Assembly: GCF_009914755.1 (NCBI RefSeq)
Contig: NC_060927.1
Length of the DNA stretch: 64,000 bases
From: the human T2T-CHM13v2.0 reference genome, Homo sapiens
Reading direction: 5' to 3' (one strand)
The position numbers and the translations under genes are program-made. This document shows positions 38,101 through 52,769 of the stretch, piece after piece (the stretch's first letter is position 1; every line of letters starts with the position of its first letter). The notes under the pieces were generated by a model. That model saw only the letters and a list, made by a program, of their open reading frames with translations. It was not told the DNA's origin and made no database searches.

Positions 38101-38599
38101 CAGACTCAGGCAGGCACCCCATCCCCTGCCCCAGCTGGGCTCCTCCTGCACTAGGGCCTCCCAGGCAGGGCTCGAGGCACTTCCCTCTTGGCACTCAGGT
38201 GCCCCTCCGGCCTGCTCCTCTCAGTCCCCATCCTCACACCTAGGCTTCCTGGTGACTCCCCTTGCCCTACTCCTGGGACACCCTTCACCCTCTGCCTCCT
38301 CACTGCTTCTCCGTGCCCCTTTCCTATCCAAGAGCTCAGGAATAAAGGCCAGACTCTGCGGCATGGCATTCCCGTGGCCCTCCAGGCCCTATGCTGCCCA
38401 CCAATACTGCCTTCCCTGCCCAACCCCGCCCACCTGAGGCCCGCCCACTCTCCTACCCTAGGAGCCTCCTTGCCCTGGCCCCGCTGCTAGGATGCCTGCC
38501 TTCCTCCCCTCATGGGTGTGGGCCCTTGGAAAATGCCACTGAGGGATTCCTAGTGGGGAACCTTGGTCCCACGTGGTAAGCACGAAGGCTCCTCAGCTA

Positions 38600-38710
38600 C
38601 ATGGCCTAGGTTCAAAGGGAAACTTGACCACTAACTCGCCGAGCAGCCTTAGGCAAGTTACCAGACTCAGGGCTTCAGTTTCTTTGTAAAACACACCTCT
38701 CATAGTCACT
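38600..38710 (+). mobile_element. MIR fragment
   Basis: ccttaggcaagttacc...ggcttcagtttctttgtaaa. Confidence 0.55.
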
Positions 38711-39749
38711 GCAATATTCATATTAATAGCTAATATGCATGTAGAACTTGCTCTGTCTGGCTGGGCACAGGCATGCACTATGGGGAACATGACTCCTCTA
38801 GCCATTGCCCTGGCTGAGCTCCGGGATGTTGGGGGAGCCATGGGCACAGATGGGGCTTGATGAGGCCCCAAATAGGGCAGCCTGTGGTCAGGTTTGGGAG
38901 GGTGTGAGCCATTGATGCACGTGGTGGTCTGGCTGCTTCTTTAAGTTCTCCTGTGATGAAAAGCTCCTTTTACTCACTTCCCGGGTTGTGGTTGATGTGG
39001 GCGCCCCCATGATGTCTCCCTGGTGGGACTGGGGTTCTCCAGTCTCCTCCCCACCAACACAGGAGCCAGATAACTGGGCCAGAGGTGGTGTGGCCCCCGC
39101 TGCTCTGAGTCTCAGGGAGAGGGCGCAGTCACCCGGCCACACTGAGGACATTTGTGGCAGGCCAGGGCAAACGTCCTGGGGCTGGCCATTGACTCAACAC
39201 CCCTGGTCTCAACTGTGCTGCACTGAATGTCTAACTTTCCTTTGGCTTCATTGCAGAGATGAAAAATGTTGAATTAATCTCCCCTGTAGCATGGTTTTGA
39301 CTTCACTCAGATTCTCAAGATCTAAAACAGATACAATAAAAGGGGAATCTCTTTGCTGTGGGGTCTCATGAGCTATCAAAACAAAGCAGGGCTGCCGGGC
39401 CCCACTGCCTACCCTAGCTCTGCGTTGTATCCTGCCAACTCCAGCTTTGTCACTTGGTGTAAGCCTGTGTGCGTACACACGCAGGACCCTGACTTGCTGG
39501 TGGTGCCCTTGCTAGCCTGCTGCCACATGTCAGCAGTGACTAGGGGGCCAGCCTAGCCCTCTGCAGACAGGGCCTGCAGCACCTTCACACCACCCAAGGC
39601 TCTGCCTCCTGGCCTCAGCCACCAACCAGTACCTAATGGTCTGCAGCTCAGGGGCCTTCATGTCACAGGGTACAAACGATGCCCCTCGAGCAGCCTGTGG
39701 ACATCAGTCAGCCTGCATGCCAGTGATGAGGACAAAGATTGTTCTCTAT

Positions 39750-39835
39750 TCTTTCTCATCACTGTCTTCCTGCTCCTAGACAGCACCTGGTACACAGCAG
39801 GTGCACACTGAGTACTGACTGGATGGACAAATGCC
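39750..39835 (+). mobile_element. L2 3' end
   Basis: cctagacagcacctggtacacagcaggtgcacactgagtactgactggatgg. Confidence 0.55.
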
Positions 39836-42800
39836 CTGAGTGCTATGGAAATGCAGGGAACACAGGTCCGGTGCCTGCCAGCCCAGGTCCCCCAGGCCAA
39901 AGGGCAGGTCTAATCTAGGGATGGGCCCACCCAGCTTGTGAGGAACACTCACCCCAGCGTGGGTCTTGGACCTGGTGAGCTTGAAGGGATAGAGGGAGAG
40001 TGGGGCGGGCAGTAGGAGGGGCAGGCCCCACCAGCTAGTCTTGGGAGGGAGGAAGCCTCATTGCTTTGGCAGGAAGTGGGGGCGGGAGTAAAGGAAGCAG
40101 TCCAGTTCCTCCCCTTCCCACCTCTGTCCTGGTCTGATGATGACTAAAATCTTTGAGGCCTGAACCTCAGAGGGGAAGGAATGGAGCTCCCCTCTCATGC
40201 TGATGTCTGACATGCTAACATGCCCAGGATCACACAGCCAATTCACACAAAAAAACAATTTCTAAAAAAATTCCTCCCAATCTCTCTAGGCCCAGCAACT
40301 GTCTTTTTAACCACTCCCCCTAACCCCACAGTCTGCTGCAAACAACAGAAAATGAGCTTTTGGTCCCTTGAGCCTATGGTCCGCGGTTGTTTCACATTAT
40401 CTCAGGGATATAGGATTTCTCTGACGGTTTTGCATCCCCCAGCCCCAACCTCTACTGAGGATTAGCTCTCTTCGGGAAGTACACGAAACACTATTTTCTA
40501 TTAGTGGATTAGCCACCAGATTAAGGAATCTTGGCTATTTACCTTGCTCATGGCTTAAAAACAACTCCTTTTAAATGAACACAGCTCTCTTTTCCATATC
40601 ACTCTTTCCCCCAAAAGGAGAAGCTATAAAAAGTGGGTCCACTCAGACCATTCATAAAACCGGATGCTCCTGGGACCCATGGGGTGTTGCTCACACCCAA
40701 AGGGAGGACCTGAGCCACAGCCCCACTGACACTGGGGTGGGTTCAAGCACATCTCTGCCAGCCATGTACAGGCCACCAGGGAAGCCAAGTGTCTGACCGG
40801 GATAGGCCCCAAGGTGTAGGACACCAGTCATGCTTGGCCATAGGCTTTGCTGGACTCTGACTCCAGGGTGAGTCCAAACAGGGCTGAGCATGGGGTGTGG
40901 ACCTTGACCTTGGCCGCCTTCTGCAACCCATTTCTTCAGAGGCTGACTTTTCCAACAATCCATATAAAGTAGTTAGTTAACTACTTTCCCAAGACCCAGC
41001 AAGACATGATCATCCTAAGCCAGACATCTTGATAGCTTGCTGGAGGCCTGGAAGTCTCAGTATAGCCTGGCGAGTCGGGCTGCAGCTACCACCCAACAAG
41101 GCCACCTCCGGGAGGAAGAAGGGCACAAGCCACCAGGGATGGAGTCTCAAGGCTCCCCCATCCTGCCAAGCATCCACTGATCCACAGTGGGAAAACCTGA
41201 GCAATCATCTTAGCGAGCTTTCTGGAGCCACTGGCTGGGCCCAGATCAGAAGGGCAAGGGGCACATAATTGCTTCCCAAATGCCATGCTAAGTTCAAGGC
41301 TTCCTGTGCTTCCTCTGCTTCCTCAGCCATGGCCACTGTGGGCATGATGAGGTTCTATACCCATAGTACAGGCCTGGATCAGGGCCCTTTACAGAGCGCA
41401 TGGGAGGAAGCAGCAGGCCCAACTACAGCCCTTCCTGGCCCTGCTGTGGTGGTGCCTCATTCAGGAAAGCACCAAGAGGTCACGGGGTCAGCTGTGATGA
41501 AGTAGGCTGTGGCTTGCTTAATCTCAGAGCGGTGCAGGCCAGTTTGGGGCTCCTGTCATAACACAGGCCCCTTTCTTGTGGCCTGTGTTTGGCCTTTCCT
41601 TGGAGGGCCCAGGTCCCCGAGGAGCAAGAGCAAATCATGTGGAGTCCCCTCCCTTCCTCTTCTCAGAGCAAGCCTAGATTCAGCCCGAATGAGATGTCCC
41701 TGCATGGGCCTCTCTCCCTGCTCCCAGCCTCTGCTCTCCACCACCTGCTCCCTCCCGCCATCTCCCAGCCCTCCCCCAGCCCTCCCCCATCTCCAAGCCA
41801 GCTCAGAGCCTCAGAAGAAATCTCGTATGACCGACCATGAACATTCCCAGGCCCCAGAGATAACCACGGCTACTGTCGAGCCCATCTGGCAGGCAGGGGC
41901 CTTCAATCTGCAGCCTCTTTGGAAGGGGGTGCTTTCTGCCACAACCACAGACGGGATAAAAGATAGAAAACCAGAGTTTTTTGCCTGACCCCCATGGGAG
42001 CTGCCACCCAGTCCCCCTGCAAACACGAGCTTGCCCGTTTTTGAGTGCTGTTCGCAGGCTGCATGTCACGAAGGAGGCAGGGCACTGGCCCTGACCTGCG
42101 ACTTGGGGAAGACACAGGCTCCCCTGTCCCGCCACATTTGCAAAGCCAGAGGAGCCTTTGGGAAAAATGCCAAAAATAGTAACAGGGCTGGGGAATCGCC
42201 AGGGGCCCAGGCAGACAGACATTTCCCCCAGTCCCTCTGCCACCAAGTGTGTCCCTGGCACAGAACAGACAGTGTCTTGAGTCCCCTGTCCCCCAGAAGT
42301 AGCCTCTTAACAGAAGGAAAACAAGCCTCTTGTTTCCAAACCCCCACAAAGAAGTTCAGGTTGTCCTGAACATGACTCTGGCCAAAAGGGCAATCCATGA
42401 AGGTCCACAACAAGGAGGGTGGCTACATCCACTCTGGACCAAGCAGGTGAGCTGGCTAGATGTGCTGATGCAGAGAGGGGGCCCATTTTTGCAGAAACAA
42501 CCCACCACCACCCTTATGGCCCTGTCTGCGAGTGGAAGCAGTGTTAGGAGGGCTGCACACGCCCTCCTGGGATCATGGGAAGACGCACTGGGTGACTTTC
42601 ACTCTATACCCTCCCAACAAATTCTGTCTGGGTGCACGTGGGAGGACCGATCCCCATGGAAAACTGTATAACTATAAAATTGGGGGTCTATTTCCATAAG
42701 CAACAGCAGGTCCTCCCAGGAAAGAGGGATACAGAGAGCCCCTGAGAGTAGTGAGGCAGCTTGGCCCACATCAGGGCCAGGCACTGCCAACTTCCCCACC

Positions 42801-44774
42801 AGTGTGGAACCAGATGCCTCACCTGAGCAGCCCGTCAAATAGGAACTTCCAGGACTACCATGGGGGTGGGGGGTGGGGGAGCAGGTTTAAGGTATCTCAA
42901 AGCAAATAGGCCATTCTCTATCCCCAAAGCAAACAGGCAAAAATCCTTGGCCTTGTTGAGTTAGGACAGCAAAACGCAATGACTTGAACACTTAACAAAA
43001 TCGAATGCCAAAGAGACCCAAACAAGCAGGGCTGGTGGGCTTGCTCCCTGCCTGCTCCCCACCGCATGCATTTTCAAGTCCTGGAGCCCAGCAGCCTCCA
43101 TGAGTCACAGGAACTGGAACGTGACATCACAGCATTGCTGTGGCCAGCCTGAAACACTGGGTGCCATAAAAAAACAGTTGGAGCAGGAATTTCATGGCTC
43201 GGTATTTTTAAAAAGCAGCAAGACGTGAAACTGGAGTCAAAAATAACTTTGCTGTGGGCTTCTGAGGCAAAACCACCAAGCCGCGTGTTGGGCCTATGCC
43301 GGGCCCCCTCACAGCAGCCTCCCCAGCTCCTGGGTCATTGTCCACACCCCAGAGATCCACCCCCTTGCCCTAAGGAAGGCCCAGGGCCTCTGCAACTTCC
43401 AGACACCACTGAAACCTGTTACTCCTGAGGGCAGCTGAGCACTGTGCAGCAGCCCTCTGGCCTCTTGAGGGTCCATGAAGGAAGCCACAGAGCCAGCGTG
43501 GAGGTGAGCTCATGTAGCAGTGGCTATTTGTGGAAACAGCCTCTCTCCCTGCTCACTGGAGAAGTTTTCCGGCATCTGTGAAAAAGACCCCTAGATCACC
43601 TGGCATCACCCCCAAGAGCACAAGGGGAAACAGTACCAGGGTCAGGCCCAGGGCCTCTGCTTGCACACCTACTGAGCGCCCATCCCTGGGCAGGCAGGCC
43701 TAGCAGCCTCGGGGTCCGGCCTAGAGTCCTCCAGGGGTGCTCAGAATGGAGGAGCCTGGCCTGGGGGGCAAGCAGATGAAAAGGCCCCAGGGGAAGTCCT
43801 GGCCCCATGTGAAGAGGCTGACCTCTGCTGCCCACCCCATGGGACAGACAGACAGAGGGGCAGCGCTTAAAATCTCCCCTTGGTGGAAAGCCAAAAAGAG
43901 GCAGAGATGGGTCTGAGCAGCTGCAGTTTCTGACTCCTTGTCTGGGTTTTTCTCTGGAAGCCTTGGGCCTCTGGGGTCAAGCCAACTTTCTCAGAAGACT
44001 TGAGGTAGGCCCAGCAGGTGAGTGACCCCAGGGCAGCCACAGGACAGGCGTGTGCTCTCTCCAGAGGGGATAGGGGAGGGGTGGGTCTCAGGACAGGATC
44101 AGAGCAGGGCCCTTGGACCCTGAGGGAGAGGCGTGCGATCTCTCAGTGGGGCGGGGAGCTCGCAGCATGTGACGCCCACGCTCCTGACCTCAGGCCTAGC
44201 AGCTCCTGAGAATTCCCATAGGGGGCTCGAGGAACAAAAAGCCCTCCAAAGAAAATCTTCAGTTCCATTGTTAGGAAATACATGTTCCCTAAAAAGCATT
44301 ACAATATCTACATTCAAAGAACAGAAGTATCACATACATCTTCAAAGAGCTTCCATCTTGGGCCCTGTTGCCTAGGTCCAGGTGGAAGGGTCTGATCTAA
44401 TGGGCCCCATGACCCATGCCTGATTTTCAAGTGTCTATGTGCACCCCAGTGCCTCTGTCACCTCCTGTGCCCTCCTCCTTCCCGGGGTTGGGGAATGACT
44501 TCTTTCTCCCCTCTCTTATCCTCCTGCCTAGCCAGACACTAGAGTCTCACTGGCAACTCAAAAGCATTTCTGGGACTTGAGTCCAGCGGTATGGGGACTG
44601 TGGAATGTCCACTCCTGTCATTCCTGTGCCACAAGCCTGCCCCAGTGCTTTCCCATATTGCTCCCAGGAGAACATCGACTCACTGCTGTGCTTCACAGAA
44701 CAGCTGGCACCAGTCTAGCACACTCAGTTAACCAAGAGCCGCACAGCAGAGCTCAGAGGACCCAATGAGGCATC

Positions 44775-44855
44775 TCTCCCCATTTTACAAGGGAGGAGAC
44801 TGAGGCTCTGGGATTGATGTCACCTGCCCAAGGTCACCCAGGTGATGAATGGTGG
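44775..44855 (-). mobile_element. MIR fragment
   Basis: ccccattttacaagggaggagactgaggctc...cctgcccaaggtcac. Confidence 0.7.
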
Positions 44856-46439
44856 AGGTGTGCCCAGGCTGACAGGCAGGTGGCTCACTGGGTGAACAGA
44901 GCAGCCCTGAAACTCAAGGAGGAACAGTTGCTCCCCACAGCTGGTGGGGATGTGTAAAGCTGAACAAACCCCAGCTGCTCAAAGCATGGCATCAGCTGGG
45001 ATCAGGGCCCAGAGAAGCTTAGCGAAGAAACCAGTGATGCCCCAAACAGCAAGCTCAGTGTTTACTGGGGCAAGGAGGGGTCATCCCCACACAGGGGCAG
45101 GCCAGGGCAAGGATGTGTCTGCTCTTTGGCTGGTGACCTAAGGGACTCGGCCTGCTGGGCTCTCTGATCACAGAGCCCTGGGCAAGAGCTTCTGGCCTTA
45201 CCTTTCAGGGAGGTCAAGTTTGGTTTGCAGAATTTCTTGATGAAGCCATCCCTAACTGCACCAAAACTGTTTGGCAAGGGAAGCTAGGGATGCTCTGGCC
45301 CACAGTGGTTGAGATCAGGATCACCTGGCCTCCTGGAGAAGCCCCAGGCTGGCTGGACCCCGAGGCTGGTCCAGGCACAACAAGCCATTATTAACACATT
45401 ATCTGCACCTGGCATGATGTTGCTGCCATGTGCCAGGTGGGAGGATAAAGTGAGGTCCACAAAGGGAAGTCCTTGGAAAGTGGCAGGCCTCAGATAAAAA
45501 CCAGGAGGATGAAAACTATGATGAGTATGTGATCCCCACACTCTGAGGACTTTTCATCTAAAACAACTACGTGGGGAGGCCTGAAGACTGCACCTGCTCG
45601 GCTCACAAGGTCACCCCAAAGTCTATTTTCCCCATATAAATACACTTTTGAAAAATAATGTATGGATTTTATAAAAAAGGCTTTCATAAAAAAGTAAAAC
45701 ACCAACCCCATTTCTGGAGTTAAAGGGTTTCTGATGCTGTGCAAGTCCCAAGGGCAGTTTGGTTTCCTCTTCATCTGAAAGGCCTCTTGGCCTGGGAAGG
45801 CTGGGGGAAGCTGCCCCACTTGCTGGCTTGCTCCGGAGACCAGGAGCCTTGCAGGGGCCAGCCAAAGTGCTGTTTGTCTCATCGCCCCTGGGATGGAGCC
45901 ATGATAGCACTGCCCTTGCTCGCGTCTCAACTTCTCTGTGTCCCCATCTCCACTCTACCCCAGACCCTCAGCATGGGTCAGGCCTCGACTTTGCCTAGTG
46001 TCCCGTCAGGTGAGGGTGAACTCCTGGGCTGCTGCTTCTGTTACCCCACACCAGAGGACCCATGGCCTTGACCCGGTGTCTGGACTCCCACTTGTTTCCA
46101 GTTATTCCAGTTGCCAGCTCCTCTGGGGAGGCCTGGCTCTGACCTTGGCAGATTCAGTCCTGAGTTCTTCCTGAAGGTGGGACTGGGTCTCACACAGGGC
46201 CCACCACACAGAGTGGGCTCAGTGAATGTGTGTGCATGGAAGGAACCTGCCACCTCTGCTCTGAGGGCCAAGGAATGGCTCTCCTGGGTAGGGAAGGGTC
46301 TAGCTTCATGAGGCAGTGGAAAATTGGGAGAGCTATTTCTGGTGCTGTCATGCAGATCCCCCTGGCCCCCAAGCCTTGGATAACGACAATGGCAGCAACA
46401 GGAGCAGCACCCAACACATCAGCAGTGCACGGCGTTGTC

Positions 46440-46575
46440 AGGTACTATTCAAGGAGCTTCCCAAGAGGCCTATGAAGTGGGTATTATTATCAGCTCTGTG
46501 TTCCAGATTTGGAAAGTAAGGCACACAGACTCAAAGTGACTTGCCCAAGGTCACTGAGCTAGGCAATGGGGAAGC
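46440..46575 (-). mobile_element. MIR fragment
   Basis: cctatgaagtgggtattattatc...aaggcacacagac...gtgacttgcccaaggtcac. Confidence 0.7.
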
Positions 46576-48884
46576 CAGACAAAACCTGAGCCACTCCTCT
46601 CCATTGGCTCACTCAGCTTCCTGGCTTCCAGGCCTTTCCTTTACACAGAGGAGCCGCTGAAGGGGTCACCCTGGGGAGGACTGAGATTGGGTCCCTGACC
46701 CTCAGACTGGTGCCAGACAGGCCACAAACATCCACAGAGGTGACCTCGCCACATGGGGCCATACCAGCCTGTTGAACAGGAAGGCAGGCTTTGAAGACTG
46801 TGAGCCTCTGAAATAGGGTGTCCTACCCAGGGGCTGGAGACTCTGTGACTCACTCAGAAAACATCCCTGGCTACGGCCCGCTGCATCCCCATGGCTCTCC
46901 CCTAGAAGGATGTTCTGCAGGATGGAGGCCTGAAGGACCCAGAAGGCAGCTTCCCTCTCAAAGGCCACTCTGAAGTAGACTTCCCTGTGGGGGAGGGAAG
47001 GGATGGTGGAGGCAACAGAGGAGAACAGCACAATTCACATGGATGACTTTGTAGTAGGAATCAGTGTTGGGGTGGCTGGGCATCCTACCCCTCCAGAACA
47101 CAAAGGCTCTTCAGGACTGGGCAGATGGCAAGGAGTGCTTGCTGATGGGGTGGCACCCGAGACCAATATCCACAGACCAAGTAGGAAGCCCAGCTGAACA
47201 AGCCGCTTGGGAAGATGGATGGTGGTGGCCGCCTGGCACTAAGCTTCAGGGGAGGGCTGGGTCAGTCTGGACCATCCAGAGCGGGGCCTGCTGTGGGCCT
47301 GCCTCTGCTGGGCCAATGCCAAGAGAAAGGCACAGGGAAACTTTCAACCCCCTGGTGGAGATAGCTCTGGCTGTGGCTGGAACATCTCAGCTAGAGAAAG
47401 CCCCATCTCCAGGAGAGAAAGGTTGGCCTAGAAGACAACCAACAGTCAAGCCCAAGGAGAACTTGCCAGGATTAGCACAAAGGTGCTATGCACAGTTCTG
47501 AAAATGGGTTGAACTTTAAGGCCTCAACTGGTGCTTCATCTGCAGAACTCAAGTTTCCTCGGGACGCATTGAGTCCGTCAAGAACATGCCTCGCTTTATG
47601 GCATCCAGAAACACACAGACACTGTCAGTTTTGCAAAGCAGGTGACTGGCTGATATTGTTGGCATCTGGTCGGGGGTGGCCTGCCAGTTGGATTTGCAAA
47701 GGGGCTGAATGGTGTGAGGCAGGACCAGGGTGCCACAGAAGCATTGAGACATCTAGACACCCAGCCATGGGCCAAAGGCCACAGGCCACAGGCCAGCCTT
47801 CACTTACTCTCTGCGATGCAAGTTTTTTAAAAGTTACTATCATACTCCTAACTGTGAACACATAACAAAACCTTCCATGTGCACCCCTAAAACACAGTGA
47901 CAGGAAATGTTTTTAGTGTTATACTCCTCTGGATCCAATGAAGCTATTTTTAACCACCTTCTCAGACTTAATTTCCAATTTTATCCTATAAAGTTCTAAT
48001 TGATTCCACCTCCCCTAATCTCTCACTTGGCGAGGCTGTGAAAAACATGAGGCAGTTGCTGACGGGTTTGAAGTGGGGTGGCTTTTAAGTCTTTGCATGC
48101 TGCTCACATCTCTCTCAGCACATGCCTTCTTCTCAGGGCTTAGCAGCCTCTCAGCAAGGTCTGTACACTGGGCCCTGGAGTCCCACAGCCCCCAGTCATG
48201 ACACCTGGCCTTTCCCTTCAAGAGTGCTTTCTTCAGTGGGCCCAAGGTGTGCCATCCCAGCTGGGCTATGATGACACACCCTGGAAGAGCTTTTCTCACT
48301 TAGCCCACGATCCCAAGCTGGGGAAAGGATACCATGCCATCTCAGCTCCATTTCCGTTAGTGACATCAAGGGTCCTTTGCGTCCTTCATGTGAGCTGGAC
48401 TGGAGACCACTCTTCCTTGCTTCCCCATCCCCCACCCCCTGGCTTTAACACCTCTTTTCCTCGTGGGCCACATGTGTCCCTCTTGCAGCCTCGCTCTACC
48501 CATGTGCTGGCATGGTAGAGGAGGATCTGCAGAGTCCCAGCCTGGCCTCAAGAGCCAAGGAGATGAGGAATTGGGGAACCTCTAAATCCTGCCTTGCCCC
48601 CCACCCCAAGACCACATATCCACATGACAGCCACCTGGAGCTTCACTCATTCCCTGGACGTGCCCATGGCCTCTCCAGAGCCACAGGCAGCCAGGACCTC
48701 TCTTCCTCCCTCGGGTGAAATGGCCCTGCCAAGCATGCCCCTATTGCTGGCCACCACCTCTTGTCAAGGGATTTTGCTCTTACTGAAACTGCTACACTAC
48801 GAGCCTGTGTTATGGCTGCCAACCTACGCTCCAGAGGGCAGGGCCCATATCCATCTCAGTGACGAGGGTGGTCAGGGCCACAAC

Positions 48885-49095
48885 TAACATTTATTGAGCA
48901 GCTACCTAGGGCCAGGCATGGGCCAAACATTTCCCAGATTCATCTCCCTTAATTCTCACCATGAATGTGGCAGGCAGAGCCCACAACCACCAGCACATTA
49001 CAGATAAACATACCAGGGCTTGGTGAACTAAAGGGATTTCCCCAAGGTTGCACAGAGGATAAGGAAAGGTCCAGGCTCAAACTCATAGCCTAGGT
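48885..49095 (-). mobile_element. MIR fragment
   Basis: ctaacatttattgagcagctacc...atctcccttaattctcac...cattacagata...cccaaggttgcacag. Confidence 0.65.
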
Positions 49096-49377
49096 TCTCA
49101 GAAGCCCTGACTCACTACTCAGTTCCCTGGCATGCCCCTGCAGTGCCCATCCAGCAAAGAGTGGGAGGAATAAACAAACACAGTGTTTCTTTCAAAGCTC
49201 TTCAGTGGCCCAGGCCAGCTCTAGGTGAGCACACTCCAGTAGTACCCAGCATTGGGGATTTTGGAGTCTAGTGGTCTGGCCAGGGCTTGAATGGCTCCAA
49301 GAGCCAGGATCCCCGGGAAGGCTCTGCAATGTCATTAATATGGACTGGAAAACAGGTCCGTTATAATTATGTTTTTA

Positions 49378-49614
<237 letters not shown>

Positions 49615-50924
49615 CTAAAGACAGAAAGAAAAAAGTTCCTCAGTCTATCCAGTGCTTGAAGAAATACTGTGAGAGGAATAGCCCCTCCAAAGGATGAAAG
49701 GGAAAACCACCAGCAAATTTGAGAAGGTAAGCTCCAAGTGTCAGTAAGAAACAGCAGCGTGGCGGTGTTCCCACATCTGGGTCCACACACATACCTTTCC
49801 AGGCAGAGGCCTTAAGTGGGGAGTGGAATCAGAATGCCTTGTGATCCAGGCAGGAAGGGGCCTGGGGAGGAGGGCAGGTAGGCAGGCCAGTGAGTGGCCT
49901 CAGCCTGCTCTTGGAGCCCCTCAGGGAAGCTAGCTGCCTCCCATATCTTCAAGCAGCTGGCACCCACCAGCAGGCATCCAGGTGAGTCCAGAGATGCTGA
50001 AGCCTGGCCTGGGCCTGAAGTCCCTCCTCTTCCTGGTCAGCTCAACTCTAATTCCCCACCCTTCAACATGGGGGTGTGCCAGGCTTCACAAATGCCTTTC
50101 CCAGGCCCAAGAAGCTGTGGCCCAGAACTTGGTGGAAGTGTGTGTGTGGCGGGGAGAGGGGTGTTCCAACCCCACCCTGGCCCAGATCCCCTGGAAAAAC
50201 AAAGATTTCTGTGTGCATGTCCCAGGCTGGCACATGGCTGGCAGGAATCAGACTCCACAGGAAAGGCACCCCTGGGCTGCTTCAGATAGGACTCCAGGAG
50301 GTGAGGGGCTTAGTGTTTCTGCGTAAGGCCCTTCAGCCCCTAAATTCAGCAAAGTCAGCTCCTTGCCTTATGCACAAAGGCTTCTGTGGACCGAAGAAGT
50401 GCTGTGCACATGTTCAGTGGGCGGGATGCTGGAGCCAAGGATGTCCAAGGGCAGGGCTGGTCTTAGAGCCTGCAGTTCCTCTGTGGACTTGTTCCTGTGG
50501 GAATGTGGTTCAGCACATGGACCCTACCTGCATGTTTTCCTTTATTAGGTAAGTATTCTATTCTCATAGATCACAAACTTTCAAGGGCATGCTGATTTGA
50601 ACTTGGAAAAATGCTGGCCCTCATGGTAGCTACAGGAGAACTTGAATGTGAGACATGAGCCAGAGGGATGTTCTTGACAGCATGAGCAGCACCGTGTCCA
50701 CACACCTATCATCAGCATGTCGGCCACTTCCGTGGCCATTTCTAAGACTTCGGCCATCAGGGCTGGGTCTCTTCCAGTCCTCCAGGAATCAACGTGCTTC
50801 AGATCTCAATGCTTACCCAGAAGCCCATCCCAAAAGGAAATTTCAGAAGTCCACCAGCCTTGCCAGGAGAGACTTCAGCCTACCACAGTGGCCCCCAGAC
50901 TAAGGCAGTTCTGTGAGGAGACAC

Positions 50925-51015
50925 AGCAGAGTGCAGTGGTGAGGAATGGTGACTCAGACAGTCACTGACCAGCTCTGGGCCTCCATTTCCTCATCTATAA
51001 AATAGGGATGAAGAC
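50925..51015 (+). mobile_element. MIR fragment
   Basis: ctctgggcctccatttcctcatctataaaatagggatga. Confidence 0.7.
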
Positions 51016-51689
51016 TGGGCCAGTCCTTCAAACGGCTGGGCTGTGAGAGGTGCTTATCTGAAGCTACCAGCAGGCCTTTCTTAAGAAATGTTCAGTGCTG
51101 TGCCCACTCCTTCCAGAGGACCCCCTAGCAGTGCAGACACACACTCTTCCACTGGAGGAAGGGTGTGAGCAGGGAACTCTTCTGTCCCACAGCCAGCATT
51201 GTCATGGAATGGGCCAGAGTCTGGTGCTGCTGGCTGCTTAGGAAGGAGGGAATGGAAAATGTGAGTTTCTGCAGAATGGCCCAGAAATGGACAGTGCTGA
51301 GCTCAGCCTCTGGAAGCACAGTGGATGCTGCAGGGAGGCAGGGTGAGTACCACTGACTTTAGCAATAGAAACCCTCCTGGATGAGCCAAAGCTGAGCCAG
51401 CTCCAAGGGAGTATTAAAGACAGCGGCCATGGCACTCCAAGCTGGAGAGGTGGCCTTTACAACAGAGGGTTGCGGCAGCCACCATGTTTTCCCACCTATA
51501 CCACACTTTCATGGGCTGTCTCCATTTGACAATAAAGAGAACTAAGGCTCAGTCAGAAAACGACTGTCTAAAGGTAACCAGCCTCAAACTCTAGTGCTGC
51601 CCTGAGCCATTTCCCTGCCTCCTTGCCCACTCCCATCAGAAAACACCACAGCACTTAACACTCCACCAGTCCAGCAATCGCCATGGTTT

Positions 51690-51890
51690 ACTTGCCATCC
51701 ACTGTGTGCCCTCATTTAATGTCACCTCACTTAATACGTGTAACCTCACTTCATCCTTATGATGGCCCTTCCCAATAGGCATTATTAACCTTATTTTTCA
51801 GATATGGACCCTTGGGCTCAAAGAGGTTAAGTAACTTGTTCTAAGTTACCCAGCAAATAACAGAATTGGGATCTGAACCCAAAGTGCAGG
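51690..51890 (-). mobile_element. MIR fragment
   Basis: attattaaccttatttttcagatatgg...gctcaaagaggttaagtaacttgttctaagttacccagc...gggatctgaaccc. Confidence 0.75.
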
Positions 51891-52382
51891 CTCTTCCCGG
51901 ACATGAGACAGCCTCTGGCAGGTGACATTGACTGCAGCTGGGCTTCCATGTGCACAGTTCCTCTCCAACGTCCCCATGGAGGCCTCTGAATCCTAGGTCT
52001 AATGCTTTTTGCGTCACTTCCCCAACCCAGCTGCCCTGGAATGATTGCCCAGCACAGAGCTGAACTCAGAGCAGGCCCTCCACAAACACTCAACACCTCA
52101 AAGAGCAGGGCCCACCGAGGTAAAATTCCTGTGTAATGAATCCTCCCCAATGTCTGCACTGCAGCAAAGGGCCAGCAGCCCCACCCCTCACAGCTCTGTA
52201 GCCACTCACCTGCATGCCAGCACTCTGGAGCTGTGGCATTTCCCTGAGAGCTGGGCAAATAAGCAAGAAAGCAGAGATAAGAAAATGACACACAAGAGTG
52301 GGAAGAGACAGTCGTACCAGAGCCATGAGTAATGACAGTGGCAGAATAACCCAAGCAGCATTTAAATGCAAAAGTCACATCA

Positions 52383-52769
<387 letters not shown>

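Noticed and set aside
50505-50525. REST/NRSE-like TTCAGCACATGGAC
   Set aside because: Spacing is one base short and the right half-site is degenerate.
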